Notes under the pieces: generated by a model
Database searches by the model: none
What the model was told of the DNA's origin: nothing
The model's input: the letters and a program-made list of their open reading frames with translations, nothing else
Source of the DNA: Candidatus Pacearchaeota archaeon
Lineage (GTDB): Archaea; Nanobdellota; Nanobdellia; Pacearchaeales; GW2011-AR1
Direction: 5' to 3'
NCBI GenBank assembly: GCA_023136775.1
Contig: JAGLQO010000005.1
Location: 8,198 to 72,197, forward strand
Length of the DNA stretch: 64,000 bases
Made by a program: the position numbers and the translations under genes
In this document: positions 47,987 to 56,616 of the stretch, piece by piece
Numbering within the stretch: the stretch's first letter is position 1
Layout of the letters: every line of letters starts with the position of its first letter

Positions 47987-48090
47987 ATATAGCAAAAATA
48001 ACAGCTACAAAAAATCCCTATTGTGTAAATGTTAAAGACGACCTAAAAATAAAGAAGGGTTTTCATAATAGAAAAGTTACAATAGAATAA
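47981..48090 (+). repeat. direct repeat copy 2 (orphan duplicate of the pilin gene 3' end, including a stop)
   Basis: atttagatatagcaaaaataacagctacaaaaaatccctattgtgtaaatgttaaagacgacctaaaaataaagaag... Confidence 0.7.
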
Positions 48091-48135
48091 TATAAGAAAT
48101 TTAACCGCTTCCTTTAAAAAAACTATTTACATTAT

Positions 48136-49098
48136 ATGACAATGAGAAAGATAGTGAAAAAAGGACAATTTAATTTTGCATGGCTCTTTGCAATTTTAGC
48201 AGGAGCTGCAATTTTATTCTTAGCAATTTTTGGAGCAATGAAAACAGGAGACACCGCAAGATTCCAAACAGATACTCAAGTTGCAAAACAAATCTCAATT
48301 TTAACAGACCCTCTGCAAGCAGGATTTAGCGAAGGTTCATTTGGAAGCATCTCATTTAAAAAAGAAACCCGTGTAAATAATATTTGTTTTTCAGATGAAT
48401 TTGGTAAAAACGACATATCAGTCTCGACGAAAAGTGAAGTAGGAGAAGAGTGGAACTTACCAGGAGCAACGATATCAATTCATAATAAATATATATTTTC
48501 TAAAGAGAGAAGTTCGGGATTAGATTATTATGTCTTATCAAAACCATTTAACCTCCCATATAAAGTAGCAGATTTAATATTTATGATTTCAGAAAATTAT
48601 TGTTTTACAGGTGCCCCCGAAGAAATAGAAACAGAAATATTAGGACTCGGAATTCCGAACATAGAAATAAATAACTGCACAGTCTCAGACTCAATAAAAG
48701 TATGTTTCTCGTCCACTTCTAATTGTGACATAGTAGTTTCAGGATCATGCTATACAAACTGTGATTCACTCTACGACAAGGGAACGGTGATAAAAAAAGA
48801 CTCTAATGAGGACGTAAATTTCGTAGGGAATTTAATGTATGCAGCAATATTTTCAGATAAAAGAAACTACGACTGTAATGTAAAAAGATTGCTTTACAGA
48901 ACTAAAAAAATCGCAAGAGAATTGTCAGAAAAAACTGCGATAATGAGTACAAGAGGTTGTACGAGTTCACTTAATAGCGATTTAGTAATTTGGGAATCCA
49001 TGCTAAATAGCACGACCCCAGATACCATAGATAATCTTTTAGGGGATTTAGAAGAACTTGAAAATAAAAATTATAGGGAACAGTGTAATTTATGGTAA
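48136..49098 (+). CDS. type IV pilin-like protein (class III signal, KKG|QF), Cys-containing 320-aa
   Basis: MTMRKIVKKG|QFNFAWLFAILAGAAILFLAIF. Confidence 0.5.
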   Translation: MTMRKIVKKGQFNFAWLFAILAGAAILFLAIFGAMKTGDTARFQTDTQVAKQISILTDPLQAGFSEGSFGSISFKKETRVNNICFSDEFGKNDISVSTKSEVGEEWNLPGATISIHNKYIFSKERSSGLDYYVLSKPFNLPYKVADLIFMISENYCFTGAPEEIETEILGLGIPNIEINNCTVSDSIKVCFSSTSNCDIVVSGSCYTNCDSLYDKGTVIKKDSNEDVNFVGNLMYAAIFSDKRNYDCNVKRLLYRTKKIARELSEKTAIMSTRGCTSSLNSDLVIWESMLNSTTPDTIDNLLGDLEELENKNYREQCNLW

Positions 49099-49595
49099 AA
49101 AAAGCACAAATGCAGATTCAACAAATGTCATTTATGTTAATAGCAGTGTTTATATTCTTCGCATTAGTCGGGATGTTTTTTCTAAGAGTTCAAGTTGGAG
49201 GAATAAAGGGGAGTGCCGCACAATTACAAAAAGAACAAGCGATTTCTTCATTGCAAGTTATAGCAGATATGCCAGAATTGAACTTTGACTGCAAAGAATC
49301 CATGACATTAGATAAAGATAAATTACTAATAATGTCAGGAGATTTTGGACAAGATTATGATTTATTTTGGCCGGTAGCCTCAGTTGAAGTTTTCAAAGCA
49401 TATCCAGCATTTGACTCCCAAATAGAATGCCCAGCTCCGAATTGTAATTATTACAATGTCTATAATAACAGCCAATTAAATAGCAAGAAATTCGCGACAT
49501 TCGTATCAATATGTAGCAAGGAACGAGAATCTGGTTCAGTTTACACCAGATGTAACATAGGTAAATTAGTGGTAGGAATAATAAACAATGAATAA
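49092..49595 (+). CDS. type IV pilin-like protein (class III signal, KKA|QM)
   Basis: MVKKA|QMQIQQMSFMLIAVFIFFALVGMF. Confidence 0.5.
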   Translation: MVKKAQMQIQQMSFMLIAVFIFFALVGMFFLRVQVGGIKGSAAQLQKEQAISSLQVIADMPELNFDCKESMTLDKDKLLIMSGDFGQDYDLFWPVASVEVFKAYPAFDSQIECPAPNCNYYNVYNNSQLNSKKFATFVSICSKERESGSVYTRCNIGKLVVGIINNE

Positions 49596-50082
49596 AAAAG
49601 CTCAACAAGAAATCGTAGGATTTGTTTTAATTGTAGTGGTCGTAATGGTGGGATTAATGATATATTTAACAATGTCGCTTAGAAGCTCCCCAGAAAACGA
49701 AGGGAGTTTAGAGGTCGCGAACGCACTAGACGCATTAATGAAACAAACAACAGAATGCGCAGTAGTATATGTTCCAAATTATGACACCTTCGAAGATTTA
49801 TTCAAAAGTGCATATAAAGGAGAAAGTTGTACTAATTTAAACAAACCAGCAAGAGAATACCTAGAAGAAGCTTCTAGGGAAGTTTTAACAGACATGATGG
49901 CAAGTGAGTCCTCGGTTATGGCATATGAATTACAGTTTGCAGAAAAAAATTCCGAAGGAGCGATACAAGGATTACTCATGTTCACTGAGGGAAACTGCAC
50001 AGGAAATGTAAATTCAGCAATGAGAACATTATCATCAGGCTCAGAAAGGTTACTAATAACATTAAAAACTTGTACTTTCTAA
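49588..50082 (+). CDS. type IV pilin-like protein (class III signal, KKA|QQ)
   Basis: MNKKA|QQEIVGFVLIVVVVMVGLMIYL. Confidence 0.5.
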   Translation: MNKKAQQEIVGFVLIVVVVMVGLMIYLTMSLRSSPENEGSLEVANALDALMKQTTECAVVYVPNYDTFEDLFKSAYKGESCTNLNKPAREYLEEASREVLTDMMASESSVMAYELQFAEKNSEGAIQGLLMFTEGNCTGNVNSAMRTLSSGSERLLITLKTCTF

Positions 50083-50441
50083 ATATTTATAATTATCTCA
50101 AGCTTATCAATCGCCAAAACAGGTCGAAGAGATTCCCTTTTTCCAGTTCTTTCCGCATGAAATTCAATAAATCCAAACCTTTCCAAAACCTTAATATCTT
50201 CTCGAACAGACTTAAAATCTCTCTTGAGACTTTTAGCCAAAGCATAAATCGACCGAGGTTCTTCAGTCTTCAAAATATGAAGTATCCGAGCTTTTTCATT
50301 ACTCAAAAGAGATCTCAAGAGCTTAACATCACTAAAGTCATGAGATTTTTTAGCTCCAGTTAACTTAGAGACAAAACTGTCTTTACTAACATTAACATCG
50401 ACATATCTTATTTTAGTTTTTAGTTTTTTCTTTGTTACCAT
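50079..50441 (-). CDS. HTH transcriptional regulator (ArsR-like fold)
   Basis: KARILHILKTEEPRSIYALAKSLKRDFKSVREDIKVLERFGFIEF. Confidence 0.45.
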   Translation of the reverse strand: MVTKKKLKTKIRYVDVNVSKDSFVSKLTGAKKSHDFSDVKLLRSLLSNEKARILHILKTEEPRSIYALAKSLKRDFKSVREDIKVLERFGFIEFHAERTGKRESLRPVLAIDKLEIIINI

Positions 50442-50468
50442 TTTATTTTATAAATTCCAAGACAATTT

Positions 50469-50583
50469 TAGCTCACGGATTTATAGCCGTATTATCATTA
50501 ATTTATATAATTGCTTTGGAAAGTTTGGTTATTTTTTTAGCTCACGGATCCACACGGATGTCTTCGACATTCACGGATTTTTT
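50469..50583 (-). repeat. R2 modules, inverse orientation (ttagctcacggatccacacggatgtcttcgacattcacggattt)
   Basis: Reverse complement is aaatccgtgaa-tgtcgaagaca-tccgtgtggatccgtgagctaa. Confidence 0.6.
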
Positions 50584-50973
50584 TAGCTCATTATTATATA
50601 TTTTACGCTTAACCTCAGGCTGTTTTCCATAATTTAAAAGTAATCCCACTTCTTTATCCGTTGAAGTTAAATAATTTAGTAATTGATTTATATTTTGGTC
50701 CAAAAGTTCCCTTATAGCTTTTATCTCAATTATTATTACATCTTCTATAATAAAATCGGCAATATAATCACCGATGATATTCCCCTCATAATAAACTTTT
50801 ATAGGATATTGATTTTCATATTTTAAATCCATTTTGTTAAATTCAATTATCATAGCTTTCTCATATACTTTTTCTAAAAATCCATAACCAAGAGTATTGT
50901 AAACCTTATAAAATATCTTTATTACTTTATCAGTAATTTCCTCATGTTTCATATTTTCTATCATTTTATTCAC
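50542..50973 (-). CDS. GxxExxY family protein (PD-(D/E)xK-like)
   Basis: GYGFLEKVYEKA contains G-x-x-E-x-x-Y. About 140 aa as is typical. Confidence 0.55.
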   Translation of the reverse strand: MNKMIENMKHEEITDKVIKIFYKVYNTLGYGFLEKVYEKAMIIEFNKMDLKYENQYPIKVYYEGNIIGDYIADFIIEDVIIIEIKAIRELLDQNINQLLNYLTSTDKEVGLLLNYGKQPEVKRKIYNNELKKSVNVEDIRVDP

Positions 50974-51004
50974 TCAAGTTTTGCCTTGGAAGTTTAGTTG
51001 TATT

Positions 51005-51232
51005 TATTGCTCACGGATTTGCACAGATACTCATCGAGTATTCACGGATTTCTGTTTTTGAGAGTGTTTTCTCATTTTTGAATATGTTTTTAAGCCAGTG
51101 CCTTGAATCCGTGAACGCGATAGCGTCCGTGTAAATCCGTGAGCCATTTTGCATTGATTATATTTTTCCATATTTTTAATCTATCTGTCCCCTGTCTTGA
51201 ATCCCATAAATCCCCAGAATCCGCGAGCCAAT
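51005..51232. repeat. R2 modules: inverse partial (51005-51052) and direct full copy (51100-51232, hairpin cgc-gata-gcg)
   Basis: ttgctcacggattt...ttcacggattt; then cttgaatccgtgaacgcgatagcgtccgtgtaaatccgtgagcca...cttgaatcc...atccgcgagccaa. Confidence 0.6.
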
Positions 51233-51473
51233 TTGCTTTCCTGCATTGAATCTTCCCAATCCCCGAACCAAGTTGCATCCCCCGACGCTGATTAACCATT
51301 AACCCAAATCCCTCGTCGACAAATCTTAATAGTACTACCATTTCTTTATATATCCGGTAAGTCAACCCAGATATATAAAGATTGTGTTTTTGTATATTAA
51401 TAATTTTTTATTAATTCCTCGTCGATAATAATAAAGTCATAAAAAATCAGCGTCGAAGAACGACGCAACAAGT

Positions 51474-51504
51474 CCCGTCACCCGTCACCCGTCACCCGTC
51501 ACCC
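51474..51504. repeat. heptanucleotide microsatellite (cccgtca)x4
   Basis: Seen directly in the long leader of the S-layer-like gene. Confidence 0.7.
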
Positions 51505-51894
51505 CAGACCATCTGCATCAGCAGATATAGGGGGCATTTTATACCATATATATAAATTTAACCAATATCGTTAACAACCCCAAAACAAGAAATGTGTTGT
51601 CTCCAAATGTAATAACGAAAGCTTTATAAATAAACTAGCAAAAACAGCCATTTTAACCCATTTTGTCGAGGACGCTTAACCATTAGCTTTATATATAGAA
51701 AACGGCTAAAGTGATTAAGTGTTATTGTTATCAATAATGCTGACTAGTCAGTGTTCAAATGGGAACCCTAGTGATGACGCTTATAACGCTCCCTAGTTAT
51801 AAGAACCTGCCAGACTATTTTGTTGAATGTGGATTAACCACAGCCAAATCATTGGCGGCTAACAAAAATAGTACTGAAAGGAGGTTTAATAATA

Positions 51895-54288
51895 ATGAAA
51901 AAAATATTTAGAAAAGCTATAACAGTTTTAGGAAGTGCTGCTTTAATTGGTGCTACTGTAGGTGCGGCTGCTGCTGCTGCTTACCCTGCTCAATTTACAG
52001 CAAGTAACACAGTTATCGTTTACGGATCCGACTCTGGAGCCGCTGATAACATTGCTACTACAGCCCTAAATGCTGATTTATTATCTTTAGCTGCTGGTTC
52101 TACAACTACAACAACTGTTGAAGGTGGAGAAGTTTTTTCTTTAGGTAAAGATTCTGACGAGTTTGAATTTGGTTACAATTTATCTAGTGTTTTCACAAGC
52201 TTAGATGATGGTGAAATGGAAAGTTTCTTAGCTGATGGAGAATATGACGATGGAGTTATTGATTCTGAATTTTCTCAAGAGATTACTTTAGGTACTCAGG
52301 CATTAAGTTTATTCGCTGATACTGATTACGACGACGATAAGACTCCAACAATTGGATTCCATTTCGATGATACTGAAGTTTTATCTTACGAGATGACTTT
52401 GGATGATTCTGATGAAGTTTATGTAAACATGATAGATACTGAAATCCCATTAATGGGAAGAGAGTATTATGTTCTGGATGCAACAGCTGACGAGGTAACT
52501 CTATTGGATTCTGCTGAAAAGGTAGTTGTTACTGAAGGAGAAACAATAACTGTTGATGGTAAAACAATTTCTATATCTGTTGCTGCTGAAACATATGTAA
52601 GGTTTGTAGTTAATGGAGAAATGACTGATAAGTTACACGATTCTGGTACTGATTACGACTTGTATCAAGAATTAGATGATGGTTCTTATATAGTAGTATC
52701 TTCAAATGATTACAATGCTAAAGATAGTGGAATTAGTAGTGCTGAAATTTCTATTGGTAAAGGTAAGTTAACTTTATCTAATGATGGTGGAGAAGTTGAA
52801 ATAAACGATGAAACCGTTACTGGATTAACATCTTACGTATATTCTACTGGAACTACTCCAGTTAATGCTGTAGGCACAGAAGTAATCAAGTCTATTAAAT
52901 TGACTTGGACTACTGATGATGAAGAATTTTTAGTTGAAGGAGGAGCTATGGTTATGCCAGGCTTTGAAACAATCAAGGTTCTATTTGGTGGAATGAACTT
53001 TCCAGAAGACTCTGAAAAGATATCAATTGACAATGGAGAAACTGTTACATTAAACATGGAAAATTTCGATGTTGATTTAATGTATGCTACTACTGAAGCA
53101 AATGGTGTTCAAGGTGACGATGGTAATTTATTACACATTGATGCAACTCCGAGTTCCACAAAAACATATTTCCTAAAAGATGGAGATAGATTCTTGGCTA
53201 CTGATTTAGATGAAACTTTAAGTGAGGTTGAACAACTTTACTATGAAGTTACTACATTGAGGAATGATTCTAACGGATTTGACTTAGTGCTAAATGATTT
53301 AACAGATGCTGATAAAGACATACCATTTGATGATGATGAAGCTGACGAAACTGATACCTCTCGAGGTGACGTAGAGGTTAAGCTAAATTTAGTTTATGAA
53401 GATGGTGTTAATGTTACTGATGCTGATGCCGCATTAATTGATGCAGCAGGTTTATCTACCGCTCTATTGACTAGTTATCCTAGTGATAACTCTACATTAG
53501 TAGAGATTGCAAAGGTTACTGTTACTCAAGACGATAGTATTGATTTACATTTCGACAAGGTAGTTTCTGATACTGGTATGATTGTAGAGATCCCTGTAGC
53601 TGCTGATGTAGCAGATAACGACGATCTTTTAATCTTCTACGAAGCTAAAGATGATGGTGATTTAGAAACAACATTTTCATCTGCTACTGCTGATATCTAT
53701 GCCGATTTAGATTGGGATACTTCTGATGAATATGTATATGCAAATGAGAATTCTACTGCTATTACTTTCAAGGAAGAATCTGATAACAATTACATAGGTT
53801 ATGTTGAATCTGATTTAACATCTATGGTTAGTTATGATACAGACGCACACTCTTACGAAATAACATATTTCGGAGAAGAGGTTGTTGCTGACGTTTCAAT
53901 TGCATCTGCTGATGCTGTACTTTCTACTTCTACAGAATCTGGAAACTTAATTGTTTTAGATACTGATGCTGATAAGCTCGTTGGTAAAAACTTGATTGTT
54001 GTTGGTGGTTCTGCTATCAACCGTGTTGCTGCTGATTTACTTAGTTTAAATTACCCATCTTATGGTGCTGATTTCACTGAGAAGACTGGTATTGCTGACG
54101 GACAAGCTCTAATTGAAGTTTTCCCTTACAGTGGGAATACTGCTATATTAGTTGCTGGTTACACGGCTGCTGACACTGCAAAGGCTACAACTTACTTACT
54201 TCACGAATCCGAAGATTTCGATTTGGTTGAAGGAGCTAAGTTAAAAGTTACATCTGCTACTGAAGCTACTGTTGTTACTACTGCTTAA
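51895..54288 (+). CDS. S-layer-like acidic, Thr/Asp-rich secreted protein
   Basis: Signal peptide ...GAAAAAA|YPAQ. 797 aa with no Cys. GGAGG SD 8 nt upstream. Strong hairpin terminator downstream. Confidence 0.5.
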   Translation: MKKIFRKAITVLGSAALIGATVGAAAAAAYPAQFTASNTVIVYGSDSGAADNIATTALNADLLSLAAGSTTTTTVEGGEVFSLGKDSDEFEFGYNLSSVFTSLDDGEMESFLADGEYDDGVIDSEFSQEITLGTQALSLFADTDYDDDKTPTIGFHFDDTEVLSYEMTLDDSDEVYVNMIDTEIPLMGREYYVLDATADEVTLLDSAEKVVVTEGETITVDGKTISISVAAETYVRFVVNGEMTDKLHDSGTDYDLYQELDDGSYIVVSSNDYNAKDSGISSAEISIGKGKLTLSNDGGEVEINDETVTGLTSYVYSTGTTPVNAVGTEVIKSIKLTWTTDDEEFLVEGGAMVMPGFETIKVLFGGMNFPEDSEKISIDNGETVTLNMENFDVDLMYATTEANGVQGDDGNLLHIDATPSSTKTYFLKDGDRFLATDLDETLSEVEQLYYEVTTLRNDSNGFDLVLNDLTDADKDIPFDDDEADETDTSRGDVEVKLNLVYEDGVNVTDADAALIDAAGLSTALLTSYPSDNSTLVEIAKVTVTQDDSIDLHFDKVVSDTGMIVEIPVAADVADNDDLLIFYEAKDDGDLETTFSSATADIYADLDWDTSDEYVYANENSTAITFKEESDNNYIGYVESDLTSMVSYDTDAHSYEITYFGEEVVADVSIASADAVLSTSTESGNLIVLDTDADKLVGKNLIVVGGSAINRVAADLLSLNYPSYGADFTEKTGIADGQALIEVFPYSGNTAILVAGYTAADTAKATTYLLHESEDFDLVEGAKLKVTSATEATVVTTA

Positions 54289-54650
54289 ATCTTAAGTTAA
54301 AAACAAATTTTTTATTTTTTTATTTTTACTTTTGATTCGCCCTTCGGGGCGAATCAATATCTATTCTTGATTAATTTCGAGAAGGATTTTCCTTTCTTTT
54401 GCTTATGTCGAGAAACTAAATTTTTATCTAAACTCCAAGGCAATTTTAGCCACGGATTACTCAAGACTTTAACGGATTCAAGACAAAAGCAGAAAGACAA
54501 ATTGGCTCACGGATTACACGGACGTCTTCGACGTTCACAGATTCAAGACAATAACTTGGATAACAATTTTTATTTAATCTACCAGCTAGTACCTTAATCC
54601 GTGAATACCGAAGGTATCCGTGAAATCCGTGAGCAAATTGTATTCCTGCC
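54088..54650 (+). repeat. direct repeat copy 1 (S-layer gene 3' end, terminator and downstream, carrying an extra inverse R2 module)
   Basis: Matches 56044-56510. Downstream 200 bp near-identical, coding part diverged. Confidence 0.7.
54334..54355 (+). terminator. hairpin gattcgccc-ttcg-gggcgaatc (9-bp perfect stem) after T-rich run
   Basis: Seen directly, 46 nt after the S-layer gene stop. Duplicated at 56282. Confidence 0.5.
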
Positions 54651-54671
54651 TTGAAGTAGTCCATAATTATT

Positions 54672-55973
54672 CTAACCCCCTTTTACAATTTTCCAAGACC
54701 CTTCCTTCCTTCCCCCAACACGTTTCAAATAGCCATCTTTCTTTAAGTTATCAAGATGATATTTAACCCCATCTGCCGAAATATTGAGAACTTTAGCCAA
54801 CTCATTTCTCGTAATTTTAGAATTATTTAGGACTAATGAAAGAATCTTTTGGGTAGTCTTTTGGGTAGGAGCTGGGAAGTAGTTCTTACGCCTGAATGTT
54901 GTGATAAATATTTCTGCAACTTCTTTAAAATTAGCTGTTGGTTCTTCCGATAAAATTAAACTTATACCTCTTCCCCATTTTTCAACAAAATGTACATCAT
55001 GAAATAGATTTGCAATTATTTCATTTCTTCTTTTAGAAACCTTTTCCTTTCTAATTTGTTTAATTGTAAGTCCTCCATACAAACTTCCCGGATTTCTAAT
55101 TTCTAATCTATCTTTGAAAATAGCTATATTAACAGAATCATCGTCGTAATAATTTCTATGACAAAAAGCATTAATGATCGCCTCTCTAAAGGCATCTTTA
55201 TCTATTTCAGGGATATCAACCCTATACATTCCCTCAATTTTCATACCTATATGAATATTTTTCAAAATATATTCTTCTGCTTTTTCAATTAATTCAAATA
55301 AATCCCCTTCAAATTCTTGTCGATCAATAATCATTGATGTTTCAGTGGTTCCAAATACAGCACACCTTAACTTTGCATTCAAAAATCTTTTTTGGGGATT
55401 TTCCCCAAAGAGAATAATCGCAGCGTTAAGTAACTTCTTATTTTTTACTAGTCCTAATTTATTAAGAGAACTTTCGACAGATTCATATTCTTTACCGGAT
55501 TTTTTCAAAAACCACTTCAATCTCTTAATACTTATATCTTCTAACGTTGCATCTTCACAAATTTCTGTATCCCATCTTAATTTATCCTTATTCTTTTCTA
55601 AAATTATTTTTTCAAGTTCTTTGGCAGAAATCAATTTATCCTCGTCGGCAACCCGCATATAAGCCCGACCATTTGCATAATATGGAATATTGCCTCCCTG
55701 AAATTCTACCAAAATACATTTCCTCCCCTCTACCTCTTCTTCACGAATTTTTGGAAAAATCTTTGGCTCGATATTAGAAGAAATTTTTTGAGAAATATCT
55801 CTCAAAGTTTTTTCATTGATACTCTGTCCGATAACTTTACCATCAGAATTAATCCCAAAATAAATTTCTCCTTTTTGATGTTTGTTTAAAATACTCGAAA
55901 TTGAAATTATAGCCTCCTTTAATTCAGATGTAGATTTTTTGAATTCCAGCGTTTCGCTTTCTTTTTTATCCAT
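54672..55973 (-). CDS. AlbA_2 (divergent AAA/Schlafen-like DNA-binding) + HATPase_c_4 + C-terminal wHTH protein
   Basis: N-terminal ETLEFKKS...EIYFGINSDGKVIG. Middle AINAFCHRNYYDD. C-terminal wHTH ITRNELAKVLNISADGVKYHLDNLKKDGYLKR. Confidence 0.55.
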   Translation of the reverse strand: MDKKESETLEFKKSTSELKEAIISISSILNKHQKGEIYFGINSDGKVIGQSINEKTLRDISQKISSNIEPKIFPKIREEEVEGRKCILVEFQGGNIPYYANGRAYMRVADEDKLISAKELEKIILEKNKDKLRWDTEICEDATLEDISIKRLKWFLKKSGKEYESVESSLNKLGLVKNKKLLNAAIILFGENPQKRFLNAKLRCAVFGTTETSMIIDRQEFEGDLFELIEKAEEYILKNIHIGMKIEGMYRVDIPEIDKDAFREAIINAFCHRNYYDDDSVNIAIFKDRLEIRNPGSLYGGLTIKQIRKEKVSKRRNEIIANLFHDVHFVEKWGRGISLILSEEPTANFKEVAEIFITTFRRKNYFPAPTQKTTQKILSLVLNNSKITRNELAKVLNISADGVKYHLDNLKKDGYLKRVGGRKEGSWKIVKGG

Positions 55974-56041
55974 ATAATCGCCAAGTATCCTAATCTTTTA
56001 AATCTATTTTATGCAATGTAGCGAAGCTTTTACTTCTACCA

Positions 56042-56236
56042 TTGGTGTTGCTGACGGAGAATTCTCGAATCCAATCTTTCGATAGATCTGGAAAGACTGC
56101 TCTATTAGTTGCTGGTTACAGTGCAGCCGATACAACTAAAGCCGCTACTTATTTACTAAACGAAGACGTTGATACAACTGTCGGAGTTAAGGTAAAAGGT
56201 ACATCTGCTACTGAAGCTACTGTTGTAACTGCTTAG
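56042..56236 (+). pseudogene. orphan C-terminal fragment of an S-layer-like gene (second copy of the direct repeat)
   Basis: TALLVAGYSAADTTKAATYLLNED...GTSATEATVVTA parallels the C-terminus of 51895-54288. No upstream gene body. Confidence 0.55.
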
Positions 56237-56281
56237 ATCTTAAGTTAAAAAACAAATTTTTATTTTTTTATTTTTACTTTT

Positions 56282-56303
56282 GATTCGCCCTTCGGGGCGA
56301 ATC
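56282..56303 (+). terminator. second copy of gattcgcccttcggggcgaatc hairpin
   Basis: Seen directly. Confidence 0.45.
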
Positions 56304-56479
56304 AATATCTATTCTTGATTAATTTCGAGAAGAATTTTATTTTCTTTTGCCTATGTCGAGAGACTAAGTTTTTATCTAAATTCCTAAAACAAATTAGCTC
56401 TCAGGACTTTTGGGGATTTGAAGGATTCAAGGCAATAAATTGAATAATAATTTTTATTTAATCTACTAGCTAGTGTCTT

Positions 56480-56506
56480 AAATCCGTGAGAATCCGTGAG
56501 CAATTT
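56480..56506 (+). repeat. R2 core dimer aaatccgtgagaatccgtgagcaattt
   Basis: Seen directly. Confidence 0.5.
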
Positions 56507-56561
56507 CCCCTCCCTTGTCCCATATTTCAAAATTAGTATATTCCGACTAATTCATCCACGT

Positions 56562-56616
56562 TTGTTACACAAAATCGTAACATTTAAGTAGTATATGTTA
56601 CATTAAAATGTAACAT
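56562..56616. promoter_or_regulatory. operator-like palindromes tgttaca-N7-gtaaca and atgttacat-taaa-atgtaacat overlapping the start codon
   Basis: Perfect 9-bp inverted repeat with 4-bp spacer at 56595-56616. The last three bases are the ATG of the ATPase gene. Confidence 0.4.

Noticed and set aside
54367-54664. ORFs 54367-54597 (+) and 54461-54664 (-)
   Set aside because: Lie entirely within R2 repeat modules and the S-layer 3' direct repeat. No SD and no motifs.
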